Positions 29,730 through 41,356 of a DNA stretch of 64,000 bases are shown here, one piece after another (position 1 is the stretch's first letter; each line of letters opens with the position of its first letter). Under the pieces are notes generated by a model. That model saw only the letters and a program-made list of their open reading frames with translations, searched no databases and had not been told where the DNA came from. A program made the position numbers and the translations under genes. Origin of the DNA: Hadesarchaea archaeon (lineage in GTDB: Archaea > Hadarchaeota > Hadarchaeia > Hadarchaeales > WYZ-LMO6); the NCBI GenBank assembly GCA_029259185.1, contig JAPDJF010000001.1, positions 63,427 to 127,426 on the forward strand. Direction: 5' to 3'.

Positions 29730-31517
29730 ATGAAACATCTCCGCTGTCCGATAGTTTCGATCCTCGGCCACGTAGATCACGGGAAGACGACTTTGCTGGA
29801 CACAATTCGGGGGACAGCGGTTGCTTCGAGGGAACCTGGGAGGATAACCCAGTGGATAGGGGCCTCCGAGGTTCCGGCCGAGACCATCAAGAAGATATGT
29901 GGGAGATTGATGAAGAGATTGAGGATCGAGCTCGTAGTCCCGGGTTTGCTCTTCATCGATACCCCTGGGCACGAGGCGTTTACAAATCTTCGTCGACGCG
30001 GGGGAAGTCTTGCAGATCTTGCCATCCTAGTGGTCGACATAAAGGAGGGGTTCATGCCTCAGACTCTTGAGTCACTCAACATCCTGAGGCTTTACAAGAC
30101 TCCGTTCATGGTGGCCGTGAACAAAATAGATCTTCTACCTGGCTGGAAGCCGAGTCCGGGAGAGGGGTTCTTGGAAACTTTTTCCAAACAAACCGATCGT
30201 GTCCAAAACGCACTCGACGCTAAGTTGTACGAGTTCGTTGGCGAATTCCACCGACTGGGGTTTGACTCCGAGCGGTTTGATAGGGTGAGCGATTTCAGAA
30301 AGCAGGTCTCAATGGTTCCAGTCAGCGCGAAAACTGGGGAGGGGATCCCGGAGATGTTGGTGGTGCTCGCCGGCCTAGCTCAGCGTTTTCTCAGGCAGAG
30401 GTTGACTATCGAAGTTACCGGTCCAGCACGTGGAACGGTGCTTGAGGTGAAGGAAGAAGTGGGGCTAGGGATCGTTCTGGATGTCGTGATATACGACGGT
30501 AAGCTCTCCCGAGGTGATACGTTCGCTGTGGGGGGAAGGGACCGAGTTATAGTCTCGAAGGTCAGAGGGATCTTCAGACCGAAGCCATTGGATGAAATAA
30601 GGGATCCAGAAGATAGATTCGAAGGGGTCAAGACGGTTTATGCGGCTGCGGGTGTCAGAATTTCAGCGCCGGGATTGGAGGGAGTCGTTGCAGGTACCCC
30701 GTTTTGGGTCATCGGAGATCCATCAGAGGCCCAACAGATGTGGCGAGAAATGGAGGAAGAGATGAGGCGTGTCAGGGTGAGTTCCGATATAAATGGGGTC
30801 GTGCTGAAAGCGGATACACTCGGCTCACTTGAGGCACTGGAGGGTCAGCTGAGGACGAAGAGTGTCCCCATCAGGCGGGCAGATGTTGGGGACATCTCCC
30901 GTAGAGATGTTGTGGAAGCCGCAACCGTGGCGAAAAGTGATCCGCTCTTAGGGGTTATCTTAGGCTTCAACGTCGGAGTGCTGCCGGATGCTTTAGAGGA
31001 AGCGAAACGGGAAAAGGTGGTGGTTCTCTTAGGAGATGTGATTTATCGGTTGATCGAGGATTTCGAGGAGTGGAGGGAGAAGAAACGAGAGGAGAGCAGG
31101 GAGGAAAAATTGTTGGGGTTCATTCGTCCTGCTAAATTCGTTATAAAGCCTGGTTACGTTTTCCGTAGGAGTTCTCCCGCTATAGTGGGGATAACGATGC
31201 TCGGGGGAGTACTCAGGCCGAGATACCCGGTGATGCGTAGGGATGGTAAGCGTGTTGGGGAAATCCGCGAGATCCAACGAGAAAGGAGAACGGTGCACGA
31301 GGCTAGACGAGGAGACGAGTTGGCAGTTTCCATCGAGGATGCAGTGGTGGGGAGGAACGTGCAAGAAGGCGAGACCCTGTATACGGATATCCCGAGAGAC
31401 CAAGCTGTGCGGCTGAACAGAGAGCTGAGGGACATCCTCGCTGGGGATGAAGCGGAGGTGCTGGGCGAAATAATAAGCATCAAACAGAGAGGTGATCCAA
31501 CCTACGGTGTGATGTAG
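29730..31517 (+). CDS. infB: Translation initiation factor aIF5B (IF-2)
   Basis: [41 protein letters not shown]. Confidence 0.97.
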   Translation: MKHLRCPIVSILGHVDHGKTTLLDTIRGTAVASREPGRITQWIGASEVPAETIKKICGRLMKRLRIELVVPGLLFIDTPGHEAFTNLRRRGGSLADLAILVVDIKEGFMPQTLESLNILRLYKTPFMVAVNKIDLLPGWKPSPGEGFLETFSKQTDRVQNALDAKLYEFVGEFHRLGFDSERFDRVSDFRKQVSMVPVSAKTGEGIPEMLVVLAGLAQRFLRQRLTIEVTGPARGTVLEVKEEVGLGIVLDVVIYDGKLSRGDTFAVGGRDRVIVSKVRGIFRPKPLDEIRDPEDRFEGVKTVYAAAGVRISAPGLEGVVAGTPFWVIGDPSEAQQMWREMEEEMRRVRVSSDINGVVLKADTLGSLEALEGQLRTKSVPIRRADVGDISRRDVVEAATVAKSDPLLGVILGFNVGVLPDALEEAKREKVVVLLGDVIYRLIEDFEEWREKKREESREEKLLGFIRPAKFVIKPGYVFRRSSPAIVGITMLGGVLRPRYPVMRRDGKRVGEIREIQRERRTVHEARRGDELAVSIEDAVVGRNVQEGETLYTDIPRDQAVRLNRELRDILAGDEAEVLGEIISIKQRGDPTYGVM

Positions 31518-31640
31518 GATGGCCGTTTGGGGTCTAAGAGCTCCCCGCCTTAGGGAACGAATACTCTAGTGACGGAGACGGACGGAGTCAAAGTTTATAA
31601 ATCAGCGGGATTAACTTCACCGGCCTCTTAGGTGGTAGCG

Positions 31641-32030
31641 ATGCTTAAAGTTGTGGTTGCCGACCCGAAGACGGGTAAGACATATCAGGTAGAGATCAAA
31701 GAATCCGCTGCGAGGAAACTCTTCGGCCTGAGGATCGGGGATAGATTCGAAGGCGCACTGGTAGACCTACCCGGATACGAACTTCAGATCACGGGGGGAA
31801 CGGATAGGGATGGGTTTCCCATGCGGCCGGATCTCCCGGGGCCTGGGCACGCAAGAGTGCTTCTCTCTGGTGGCCCGGGATACAGACCCAAGCGGAAGGG
31901 GGAGAGGAGAAGGAAGCGCGTGCATGGATGCGTGGTGGCTGAGGACATACGGCAACTCAACGTAAAAGTTGTGAAATATGGTGAAAAGGGTTTGGAGGAG
32001 CTGGTTAAACCGAAGGAAAAGAGGGAGTGA
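31641..32030 (+). CDS. rps6e: 30S ribosomal protein S6e
   Basis: DPKTG, ITGG.D.DGFPM, GERRRK.V.G, QLN. Confidence 0.96.
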   Translation: MLKVVVADPKTGKTYQVEIKESAARKLFGLRIGDRFEGALVDLPGYELQITGGTDRDGFPMRPDLPGPGHARVLLSGGPGYRPKRKGERRRKRVHGCVVAEDIRQLNVKVVKYGEKGLEELVKPKEKRE

Positions 32031-32135
32031 CTTTCCCTCTCAGATTTTAGCATAGTAAATCCCGCATCAACCGACACAGGATTTTTTCCGCTCTAGACAA
32101 TTTCGCCTTTCTCAACAGTTCCAGAATTTATTGAT

Positions 32136-32780
32136 GACGGAAACCTTCCTTTCGACCTGAAAGGTGGCAAAGATCTTCGGCGTACACCCGCTCACCGTAA
32201 GGAGGTGGGTACAAGAAGGAAAACTTCATCGGGATTTTGGAGCACTTCTTCACCGCTAACGGTGTCAGGATAGAGGTTGTAAACAGGGGTGAAGAGCGAA
32301 TACCCAACGAGAGCTCGTGGGGGACTGATGAGGATCATAGCCAGCTTTGCTGGAAAGCTCTACGGGATGCGTTCACACGAATACAAAGAGGTGGTGCGCG
32401 GTGCAGAAAAGCTCCTCGCAGGTTAGGGCATACGCGCAGGTCGGGGACTTCATAACGGCTTACCAAGCGTTGCTCCAGCTAGCCATAGACGAGGTATGGC
32501 AGCGCATTCGGTGGGTTGAGCGACCCGCGCGAGTGAAACGAAAGACTCCGCCATCAAGCATACTCGATCCTCCGCTTCTGGCGGCGCAATTACCTCAATG
32601 GCGAGCGGAGCAGGGGGCGCCCGGGAGTCAGGCGGAGGTTCGTCCGCATCAAGGAGACGCTCGGCTACAAAGCGCGCGTTGGCAAACCGCTCAACCCGCG
32701 CAACTCAACCAGGCGCTGCTCCAAGTGTGGGGAAGCGAACAAAGCCCCGAAAGGAGCATTTCAAAAAGCGATGTAGTTTG
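32136..32780 (+). mobile_element. IS607-family remnant (fragmented serine-recombinase tnpA + tnpB)
   Basis: AKIFGVHPLTVRRWVQEGKL (MerR-like HTH); LEHFF..NGV.IEVV; IIASFAGKLYGMRSH; tnpB pieces AYQALLQLAIDEVW and NPRNSTRRCSKCG. Confidence 0.85.
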
Positions 32781-32793
32781 ATACTGGTAGTAG

Positions 32794-33450
32794 TCATGTC
32801 GCCCTCGTCGCGAGTTGATGGGCGAGACGAAGTGGCTGGGGCAACCTGTAGGTCGTGGTGGTTCTGAGGGTGATCGCGATGGCGGTTTCGAGGGATAGTT
32901 TGTGTCCGACACTCACATACACGGGTTTGGCTCCTGGTCGTGTCCTCACCACAGCTCCAATGATTTCGTCTTTCTCTTTAAGGAGTGTGTACTCTCCTTT
33001 CGCGTTCGGGGGTTCCTCAGCCTCACCACACAGCTTGGACTTAGCGACACCCACCGTAGGCCTGTCCAAAATTACCCCTAAGTGAGATGCCAGTCCAGCC
33101 CTTCGAGGGTGGGAGAATCCATGGGCCCCTACCATGTACACATCGACATCCGCTTCCCTCGCCAGTGCTAAGATGCCCTCCAGTTCCCGGAATGCCAGGA
33201 AGGTCGGGATGTATGGGAACCGTATCTTGACGGCCTTCACCTTTTCTTCCACTACCTTGAGGGTATCTATGTCTAAAATCACACAGGAGGCATATCCCCT
33301 TCCTTCCTGAACGTAACCAATGTCGAGCCCCGCGATGGTCTTGAGTTCTTGCCATTCGTCCTTCAAGGATATTCTCTTGGCCACTTCCCTCTGAATTCTC
33401 ACAAGTTTCCTCAGATCGATGATTCTCGGGGGTCTGAGGATTGGAAGCAT
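32794..33450 (-). CDS. nfi: Endonuclease V
   Basis: GLD..Y, FPYIPTFLAFRE, HPRRAGLASHLG, GVAK..L, VYVSVGH, P.PLR.AH; the DG motif reads VG. Confidence 0.92.
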   Translation of the reverse strand: MLPILRPPRIIDLRKLVRIQREVAKRISLKDEWQELKTIAGLDIGYVQEGRGYASCVILDIDTLKVVEEKVKAVKIRFPYIPTFLAFRELEGILALAREADVDVYMVGAHGFSHPRRAGLASHLGVILDRPTVGVAKSKLCGEAEEPPNAKGEYTLLKEKDEIIGAVVRTRPGAKPVYVSVGHKLSLETAIAITLRTTTTYRLPQPLRLAHQLATRAT

Positions 33451-33878
33451 CTAGCTAACTTGGGCGTACCCCCCTTTTAGATGTGATCCCGAGGTTTTTG
33501 GTAAATCCACTTTTGCTCAAGGGTTGTTGCGCAATCTGGGGTACGCAACTGATGGGGGGCGCAATCGTTCCCCACCAATCCGCTTGACATGCCGCTTGGC
33601 GGAACATTGGAGAGAGGAACGGAATTCCAGTTCGACTTGGATCGTTCGCTGGATCCTTCGACCATCCGGCTCCGTCCAAGAAGTCCTGAACCGCCCTGGG
33701 TACCGCTCGATGAGCTCCCCCTCGGCGTTGGACTCGTAACCGATGCGGATGCCCTTCAGCGCGACCGCCCTCCCACCAGTTGGGTGCGGATACCAACTAA
33801 AACGAACCCCGATTACGCGACAGAACTTTTGTTCCCTTGCTCGAAAGTCTAATTAGTTCGGTTGGAGGAAGTATCGAG

Positions 33879-34043
33879 ATGCGTGCCAAGGGTCCAAAGT
33901 GCAAGTCGTGCGGCAAATTAGTTCAGCTGATGAAGTATGAGACTGGATACCTCAAGATAGTCGTTCCGGGTGAAGCCAAGGCGAAGTTCTTCTGTCAGAG
34001 TTGTGCAGAAAAGTTGCTCGGGAAGAGGCTTGAGGAGATCTAG
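33879..34043 (+). CDS. Small zinc-finger protein (CxxC...CxxC)
   Basis: MRAKGPKCKSCG...FCQSCAEK; GGAGG RBS upstream. Confidence 0.65.
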   Translation: MRAKGPKCKSCGKLVQLMKYETGYLKIVVPGEAKAKFFCQSCAEKLLGKRLEEI

Positions 34044-34099
34044 AGTCTCAAGCGAATCGTCGGCTTGAGCTGAGATCGAGTGAGTTGTTGGCGATAAGA

Positions 34100-34550
34100 G
34101 TGAACTACCCCCAGCTCTCGCGGGGGGTTTGTGCAAGAAATCGTTGCGCTGGTTCACGAGCTTTTCGTGATCGCGAGCGAGTTTGATCCGAGCTTTTCTC
34201 CCGTTGGCTGAACCCTCCGCTTCTTAGACAGCTGTTTTTGCATGATCCGTATCCGCTCAAGCGTTCGCCCGTAGAAGCGCGGGTTCTTGAGGCTCAGGAA
34301 GCGCTTGATCCCGACATCGATCCCGACCGCCTTGCCCGTCTTCGGCAGAGGTTCCAATTCTCCCCCACCTGAAATATCGCGTACCACTTGCCCTAGCGTT
34401 CGCGCTTGACAGATAACCCCCTTCACCTTACCCTTAATCTTTCGGTGGAGCTTGATGGGGATTTCCCCGATTTTCGAGAGGGCGAGCTTTCCGTTTTCCA
34501 GTTTGAAGCCGGACTGGTTTCCTGCGGAAGGGGACTTCCCGGCGGTAAAG
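34100..34550 (-). mobile_element. Internally deleted IS200/IS605 element with both ends and tnpB fragments
   Basis: Left end after TTTAA (plus 34551-34555); QSGFKL..GKL.LSKIG.I.I.LHR; RuvC-I AVGIDVGI; NQRNDFLHK; right-end hairpin ending GGTAGTTCAC. Confidence 0.88.
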
Positions 34551-34606
34551 TTAAACAGAGTAGTGGTGATCAAGTTTTTGGTGACGATCTCCCTAGGGGG
34601 TTGGGG

Positions 34607-35701
34607 ATGGAAGCGACAGAAGAAGACCATGTTCTAATGACATTAGTTATCAAATCCAAAGGGAAGCTCGTGGACTTGGAGCATATCCGGGAGAAAATCT
34701 CTCGTGATGTGGGTAGGAAGTTTTCAGAGGGGGAAACGGCAGAGATTCTGGGTTCGCTGATCGAGAGAGGGTTCGTGCGTGAGGAAAGTAGAATGTACGC
34801 CATCACCGAGGCTGGCAGGGAATATTTCGAGGATAGGTGGAGGAAGATACGGGAGCACTTGAATCAGGAGTACCTGAAGGTCTACAGGGCGAAGCGTTAT
34901 TATCCCAACATCGCGGAAGCCTTGCTCGAGATATGTAAAGATCGATGGGTTTCAGTTTTCAGGTTGTTCACCGGCAGGGCTTGGCTCCAGCGAAAGTTGG
35001 GTTCGCGGTACATCACGATAAGGAGCAGGGAAGATGTGGAGCGGTGGTTAGACATTCATGGGATAGACTTCATTCCCTATGTTCACCGCATAAACTCTGA
35101 CCGTCCTGATTGGTTCGTCCTAGATTTCGATGCAGGAAGGGAGGTTTCGATGGAAAAAGTCAAAGAAGTGGTTAGAGCCACCTACAGATTTTTGGAGAAG
35201 TTCGGTGTCGAACCCAAATTAAAATATAGCGGCTCAAGAGGGTTCCAGCTCTGGGCGAGGTTCGAACTTCACCCTCTGCCGAAGAAATACAGACCGATGG
35301 AACTCCGGATCGGAAAACGTGAGCGCAATCATTTCAATTTTTATGCCGACCTCGTGCGTTTTGTGGAATCTCAGGTGGCTCGTGATTTTCCGGGCTTGAC
35401 GACCTCTGATACGGCTCACAAGGAAGCCAGGAGAGGGAAAATCCTCTTCGATGCATCGATCATGAAACCGATGGGAGACGTGAGGGCGCCGTACTCTATG
35501 CACTTTAAAACGGGGCAGATCTCCATGCCTCTCAACATAGGGGAACTCCGCGGGTTCAAGCCCGAGCATGCGGATCCGGAGAAGGTGGTGGAGCGATACT
35601 TGAGGCGGGGGAACGAGTTCGTGCTGCCTCCAGTCGATGGGAGCGATTTCTTCGAGGAAGCCGTGGACTGGTTTGATTCGATTAGGAAGGATGTACCGTG
35701 A
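34607..35701 (+). CDS. PadR-like wHTH fused to LigD-type archaeo-eukaryotic primase/polymerase domain
   Basis: L.ERGFV....Y.ITEAG wHTH; PDWFVLDFD (DxD), KYSGSRGFQ, R.GKILFD, APYS; start moved to ATG 34607 behind a GGGG RBS. Confidence 0.82.
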   Translation: MEATEEDHVLMTLVIKSKGKLVDLEHIREKISRDVGRKFSEGETAEILGSLIERGFVREESRMYAITEAGREYFEDRWRKIREHLNQEYLKVYRAKRYYPNIAEALLEICKDRWVSVFRLFTGRAWLQRKLGSRYITIRSREDVERWLDIHGIDFIPYVHRINSDRPDWFVLDFDAGREVSMEKVKEVVRATYRFLEKFGVEPKLKYSGSRGFQLWARFELHPLPKKYRPMELRIGKRERNHFNFYADLVRFVESQVARDFPGLTTSDTAHKEARRGKILFDASIMKPMGDVRAPYSMHFKTGQISMPLNIGELRGFKPEHADPEKVVERYLRRGNEFVLPPVDGSDFFEEAVDWFDSIRKDVP

Positions 35702-35750
35702 GTTCTTGATTCGGGGGCAGTTCTTTAAATCCTTCGTTCGATGTTAGAAG

Positions 35751-36785
35751 ATGATCCTCAAGTTTGAGAAGGAAAAGGAGATCATCCGGACTCTCCTGCA
35801 GAGATTGGGTGCTACGGATGAAGAGGCAAGTGCTACGGCCGAGGTCCTGACCGAAGGGGATCTGAGAGGGGTTCATTCTCACGGTATCCTCAGACTCCCC
35901 TACATCCTTAGAGCCTTGAAGAGGGGGACGATCCTCACCGGCGTGGAAGTCAGGGTCGTGAGGGAGACTCCAGTAACGGCGCTCATCGACGGTGGGCACG
36001 GACTCGGGCACTATGTGGCCATACGTGCGATGCGTGTTGCCATAGATAAAGCCAAGCGGATGGGGGTTGGGGTGGTGGGGGTCTTCAATTCTAACCACTT
36101 CGGTATCGCTGGGTACTATGCTGAACTGGCGATGCGCGAGGGGTTGGTCGGAGTGGTCACCACTACCACCGATCCGCTGGTGCACCCGTGGGGTGGGTGC
36201 GAGCCGCTGCTCGGAACCAATGCGCTAGCCGTTGGTTTGCCCACCGATCCCCCAGTCCTTCTTGATATGGCCATGAGCGTCGCAGCAAGAGGAAAACTCG
36301 TCGAGGCGGTGAGGAAAGGGGAGATGGTGCCGGAGGGGTGGGCCGTAGACAGAGAGGGGCGCCCCACCGCGGATCCTAGGAAAGGTCTTGAAGGGGCACT
36401 GAGTCCGTTCGGTGGGGCGAAGGGGTACGGATTGGCTTTCGTGTTAGAGGTGTTGGCCGGACCGATGGTCAATGCTTCTGCAGGCAGGGAAGTGAAGGGA
36501 ACACTTGAGCCCAAAGATGGTTTCTGTACGAAGGGAGATCTCATGGCGGTGATAGACCCTGAAGCGTTCGTTTCGAGGGAAGAATTTTTGGCCCGGGCGA
36601 GAAAGTTTATCGAGGAAGTGAAATCTTCGCGTCCAGCTGCGGGTTTCAAGGAGATAATGATTCCCGGAGAGCCAGAGTTCAGGGCAAGGGAGCGCCATCT
36701 TCGGGAAGGGATACCAATAGCCGACGAAGTGTGGAGAGAAGTGAGGGAGATGGCGGAGGAGCTTGGGGTTAAACTGGAGACTTAG
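35751..36785 (+). CDS. Ldh_2 family dehydrogenase (ComC / malate / sulfolactate dehydrogenase-like)
   Basis: DLRG.HSHG..R, NSNHFG, GTN, DMA.S..ARGK, GGAKGYGL, PGE.E. Confidence 0.88.
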   Translation: MILKFEKEKEIIRTLLQRLGATDEEASATAEVLTEGDLRGVHSHGILRLPYILRALKRGTILTGVEVRVVRETPVTALIDGGHGLGHYVAIRAMRVAIDKAKRMGVGVVGVFNSNHFGIAGYYAELAMREGLVGVVTTTTDPLVHPWGGCEPLLGTNALAVGLPTDPPVLLDMAMSVAARGKLVEAVRKGEMVPEGWAVDREGRPTADPRKGLEGALSPFGGAKGYGLAFVLEVLAGPMVNASAGREVKGTLEPKDGFCTKGDLMAVIDPEAFVSREEFLARARKFIEEVKSSRPAAGFKEIMIPGEPEFRARERHLREGIPIADEVWREVREMAEELGVKLET

Positions 36786-36799
36786 TTCTCCCGGATACA

Positions 36800-38023
36800 C
36801 TAGGGATCAGTCACCGTTTTCCTTTTCACCAAAACATCTATGGCGGGCATGGATCTTCCGGAGAGGAAGTTTATGCATGCCCCTCCACCCGTGCTCACGT
36901 GTTTGATCTTGTCCAATACCCCACTACCCCGCGCGGCCGCAACTATGTGTCCCCCACCTATCACGGTGAACGCATCTGACTTCGCCATAGCGTTGAGGAC
37001 ACCGAATGTTCCTTCAGCGAATTGGGGACTCTCGAACGCGCCCAATGGACCGTTTGCCACCACCGTTTTGGCCTCCTTTATTCTAGAGCTGAACTCTTCC
37101 ACGGTGCGCTTACCTATATCCAAGATCAGAAACTCGGTTGGCAGTTGATCGACTTCGAGTTCCTTCCGTTTTCCCCCCTCATCTACCGCGACATCGAGTG
37201 GGTGTTTTATTTTTTCTCCGTAAGTCTCGAGGAGCTTTTTCGCTCGCTCGATCTCTCCCCCATAACATTTTTTCCGGAGGAATTCGATGTTTGGTTTTCC
37301 CAAGTCGTATCCCGCGGCGACCAGCACGGCATGCCCGACGACCCCCCCCACCAACACCGAGTCCGCTATCTCCCTCGAGAGTACGTGTTCGGTGATAGTC
37401 AGCGAATCGTCGATCTTCAGCCCCCCGAGCACATACACGCAGGGATGTTCTGGATCCCTAGCTTTTCCCAGACCTTTGAGTTCCCTTTCCATTAACCTCC
37501 CCGCACAGGCCGGAAGCCTAAGGGCGAAACCCACGAGCGACGCTTGCCCCCGGTGTGCAGCACCAAAGGCATCGTTCACGAACAGATCAGTTACTTCAGA
37601 AAGTTTTTTCACGAACTCACTCCTTGCGTGTTCGTCGGGAGTAAGTTTTGCCATTTCCTCAGGGATGGACCGGACATTTTCCAACAACAGGATCTCACCC
37701 GGCTTCAGTTCCCTGATGGTCTTGATGGCTCTGGGTCCGCAGACATCGTCCACGTACTTGATCTCCGTCCCCAGGATTTCCTCCAACTTTCGAGCATGCT
37801 TTCCTAGGCTCGTGTAGTCCTCACTGCCAGGTCTCCCTTGGTGGGCTAGCACAACAACTTTTGCACCCTTTTGAGAGAGTTCCCGAATGGTCGGGGCGCA
37901 TTCCCTGAAGCGCGTGTCATCTATTATTTCCTTCGTCTCAGGATCGATAGGAGAATTTATGTCGACGCGTACCAAGACGGTTTTTCCCCTGACATCAATT
38001 CCGTCCAGAGTCGGAAATTCCAC
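36800..38023 (-). CDS. pgk: Phosphoglycerate kinase
   Basis: RVDINSP, AHQGRPG, LLENVR, NDAFGAAHR, GG.K, STGGGA. Confidence 0.97.
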   Translation of the reverse strand: MEFPTLDGIDVRGKTVLVRVDINSPIDPETKEIIDDTRFRECAPTIRELSQKGAKVVVLAHQGRPGSEDYTSLGKHARKLEEILGTEIKYVDDVCGPRAIKTIRELKPGEILLLENVRSIPEEMAKLTPDEHARSEFVKKLSEVTDLFVNDAFGAAHRGQASLVGFALRLPACAGRLMERELKGLGKARDPEHPCVYVLGGLKIDDSLTITEHVLSREIADSVLVGGVVGHAVLVAAGYDLGKPNIEFLRKKCYGGEIERAKKLLETYGEKIKHPLDVAVDEGGKRKELEVDQLPTEFLILDIGKRTVEEFSSRIKEAKTVVANGPLGAFESPQFAEGTFGVLNAMAKSDAFTVIGGGHIVAAARGSGVLDKIKHVSTGGGACINFLSGRSMPAIDVLVKRKTVTDP

Positions 38024-38032
38024 CTTCTCACT

Positions 38033-39037
<1,005 letters not shown>

Positions 39038-39060
39038 TCATAAAGTTGAAAACGAAAACC

Positions 39061-39123
39061 TATAAATACTTGGCCTGAACTAAGATAATCTAATCAAATT
39101 TGAGAAACTATCTAAAAGTGAGA
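39061..39123 (+). promoter_or_regulatory. TATA box and two candidate RbkR operator sites
   Basis: TATAAATA at 39061; imperfect palindromes ATCAAATTTGAGA (39093-39105) and TCTAAAAGTGAGA (39111-39123). Confidence 0.4.
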
Positions 39124-39125
39124 AA

Positions 39126-39775
39126 ATGAGAACCCTGCGCCTGCTTTTGGAGATCGCGAAGGCTGGAGGGCACATGGCCCCAGTGAAGTTCACCGCTCAA
39201 CAGCTCGCGAGGCTTACCGGGAGTCCCCAGTCCACCGTTGCCCGGTGGTTGGCGGTCTTGGAGCGGGAAGGACTGGTGAAGCGGAAGCCGGGTCAGCGCG
39301 GCCAGCAACTCAGGCTGACTTCGAAGGGACTTGCGGCTTTGAGGTCCATCCACACGGAGCTCGAGGCGGTATTCAACAAAAGACCAAGGACGATCGAGTT
39401 CGTGGGGGAGGTGGTGAGTGGGTTGGGGGAAGGAGGTTACTATCTCAGACAGCCGATGTACTTAGACCAGTTCAAACGTCAGCTGGGCTTCACCCCCTAC
39501 CCGGGGACTCTCAATGTGAGATTGAATGGATCTTCGCTAGAGGTCAGGGAGTTTTTGGAGCAGTTGCCAGGGAAGGTGATAAAGGGGTTTACCACCCCCG
39601 AGAGGACTTTCGGTGATGTACGATGCTTTCCTGCGAGGATAGGGAAGATCGAGGCCGCACTCGTCCTCCCCGCTAGAAGTTCTCACAAGGAAGTCGTGGA
39701 GCTCATAGCGAGGGAGAAGTTGAGAGACGTACTTCATCTCAAGGACGGCGATAGGGTGAAGCTGGAGGTGATGGT

Positions 39776-39779
<4 letters not shown>
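39126..39779 (+). CDS. ribK: CTP-dependent riboflavin kinase with N-terminal wHTH (RbkR)
   Basis: wHTH; GEVVSGLGEG.YY, PYPGTLNV, P.RS.H, ELIA..LR..L.LKDGD. Confidence 0.93.
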
Positions 39780-40931
<1,152 letters not shown>

Positions 40932-40935
40932 AAAA

Positions 40936-41349
40936 ACGGTTAAGTTAGGGCTGGTGGCGAGTGAGTTCTCTTGGGATGTCGTGGGTCCGATGGTGGAGTT
41001 CGCGAAGCGTCATGCCAAGTTCCTTGAGGCGACGATTGAGGCGGAGATCTTAGTTCCTGGAGTTTGGGAGATACCGGTGGCAGTGAGGAAACTGCTTGCG
41101 GAAAAGAACATCGATGCGGTAGTGACCCTAGGAGCCGTCATAGAGGGGGAGACAGAGCATGATGAGATAATAATGCAACACACCACGAGGAAACTCATGG
41201 ATTTAGCCCTCGAGCATGGAAAGCCCGTTGCGCTAGGGATCTCCGGTCCCGGAATGACTAGATTGCAGGCACTCGACAGGGTTAATGAGTATGCTAGGAG
41301 AGCAGTCGAGAGTGCGGTCAAAACGGCGAGGCGTCTCAGGGAAGGATGA
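40936..41349 (+). CDS. ribH: Lumazine synthase (probable ACG start; first canonical start 40954)
   Basis: VKLGLVASEF, VPG..EIP, TLGAVI.GET.HD, KPV.LG.SGPG. Confidence 0.92.
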   Translation, partial: TVKLGLVASEFSWDVVGPMVEFAKRHAKFLEATIEAEILVPGVWEIPVAVRKLLAEKNIDAVVTLGAVIEGETEHDEIIMQHTTRKLMDLALEHGKPVALGISGPGMTRLQALDRVNEYARRAVESAVKTARRLREG

Positions 41350-41356
41350 GGCGGGT

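Noticed and set aside
31518-31630. Possible ncRNA between infB and rps6e
   Set aside because: No tRNA, C/D or H/ACA hallmarks; contains a plain TTTATAAA promoter for rps6e.
34406-34606. N-terminal extension of the Prim-Pol ORF
   Set aside because: Read-through across the antisense tnpB relic and IS left end; the RBS supports ATG 34607.
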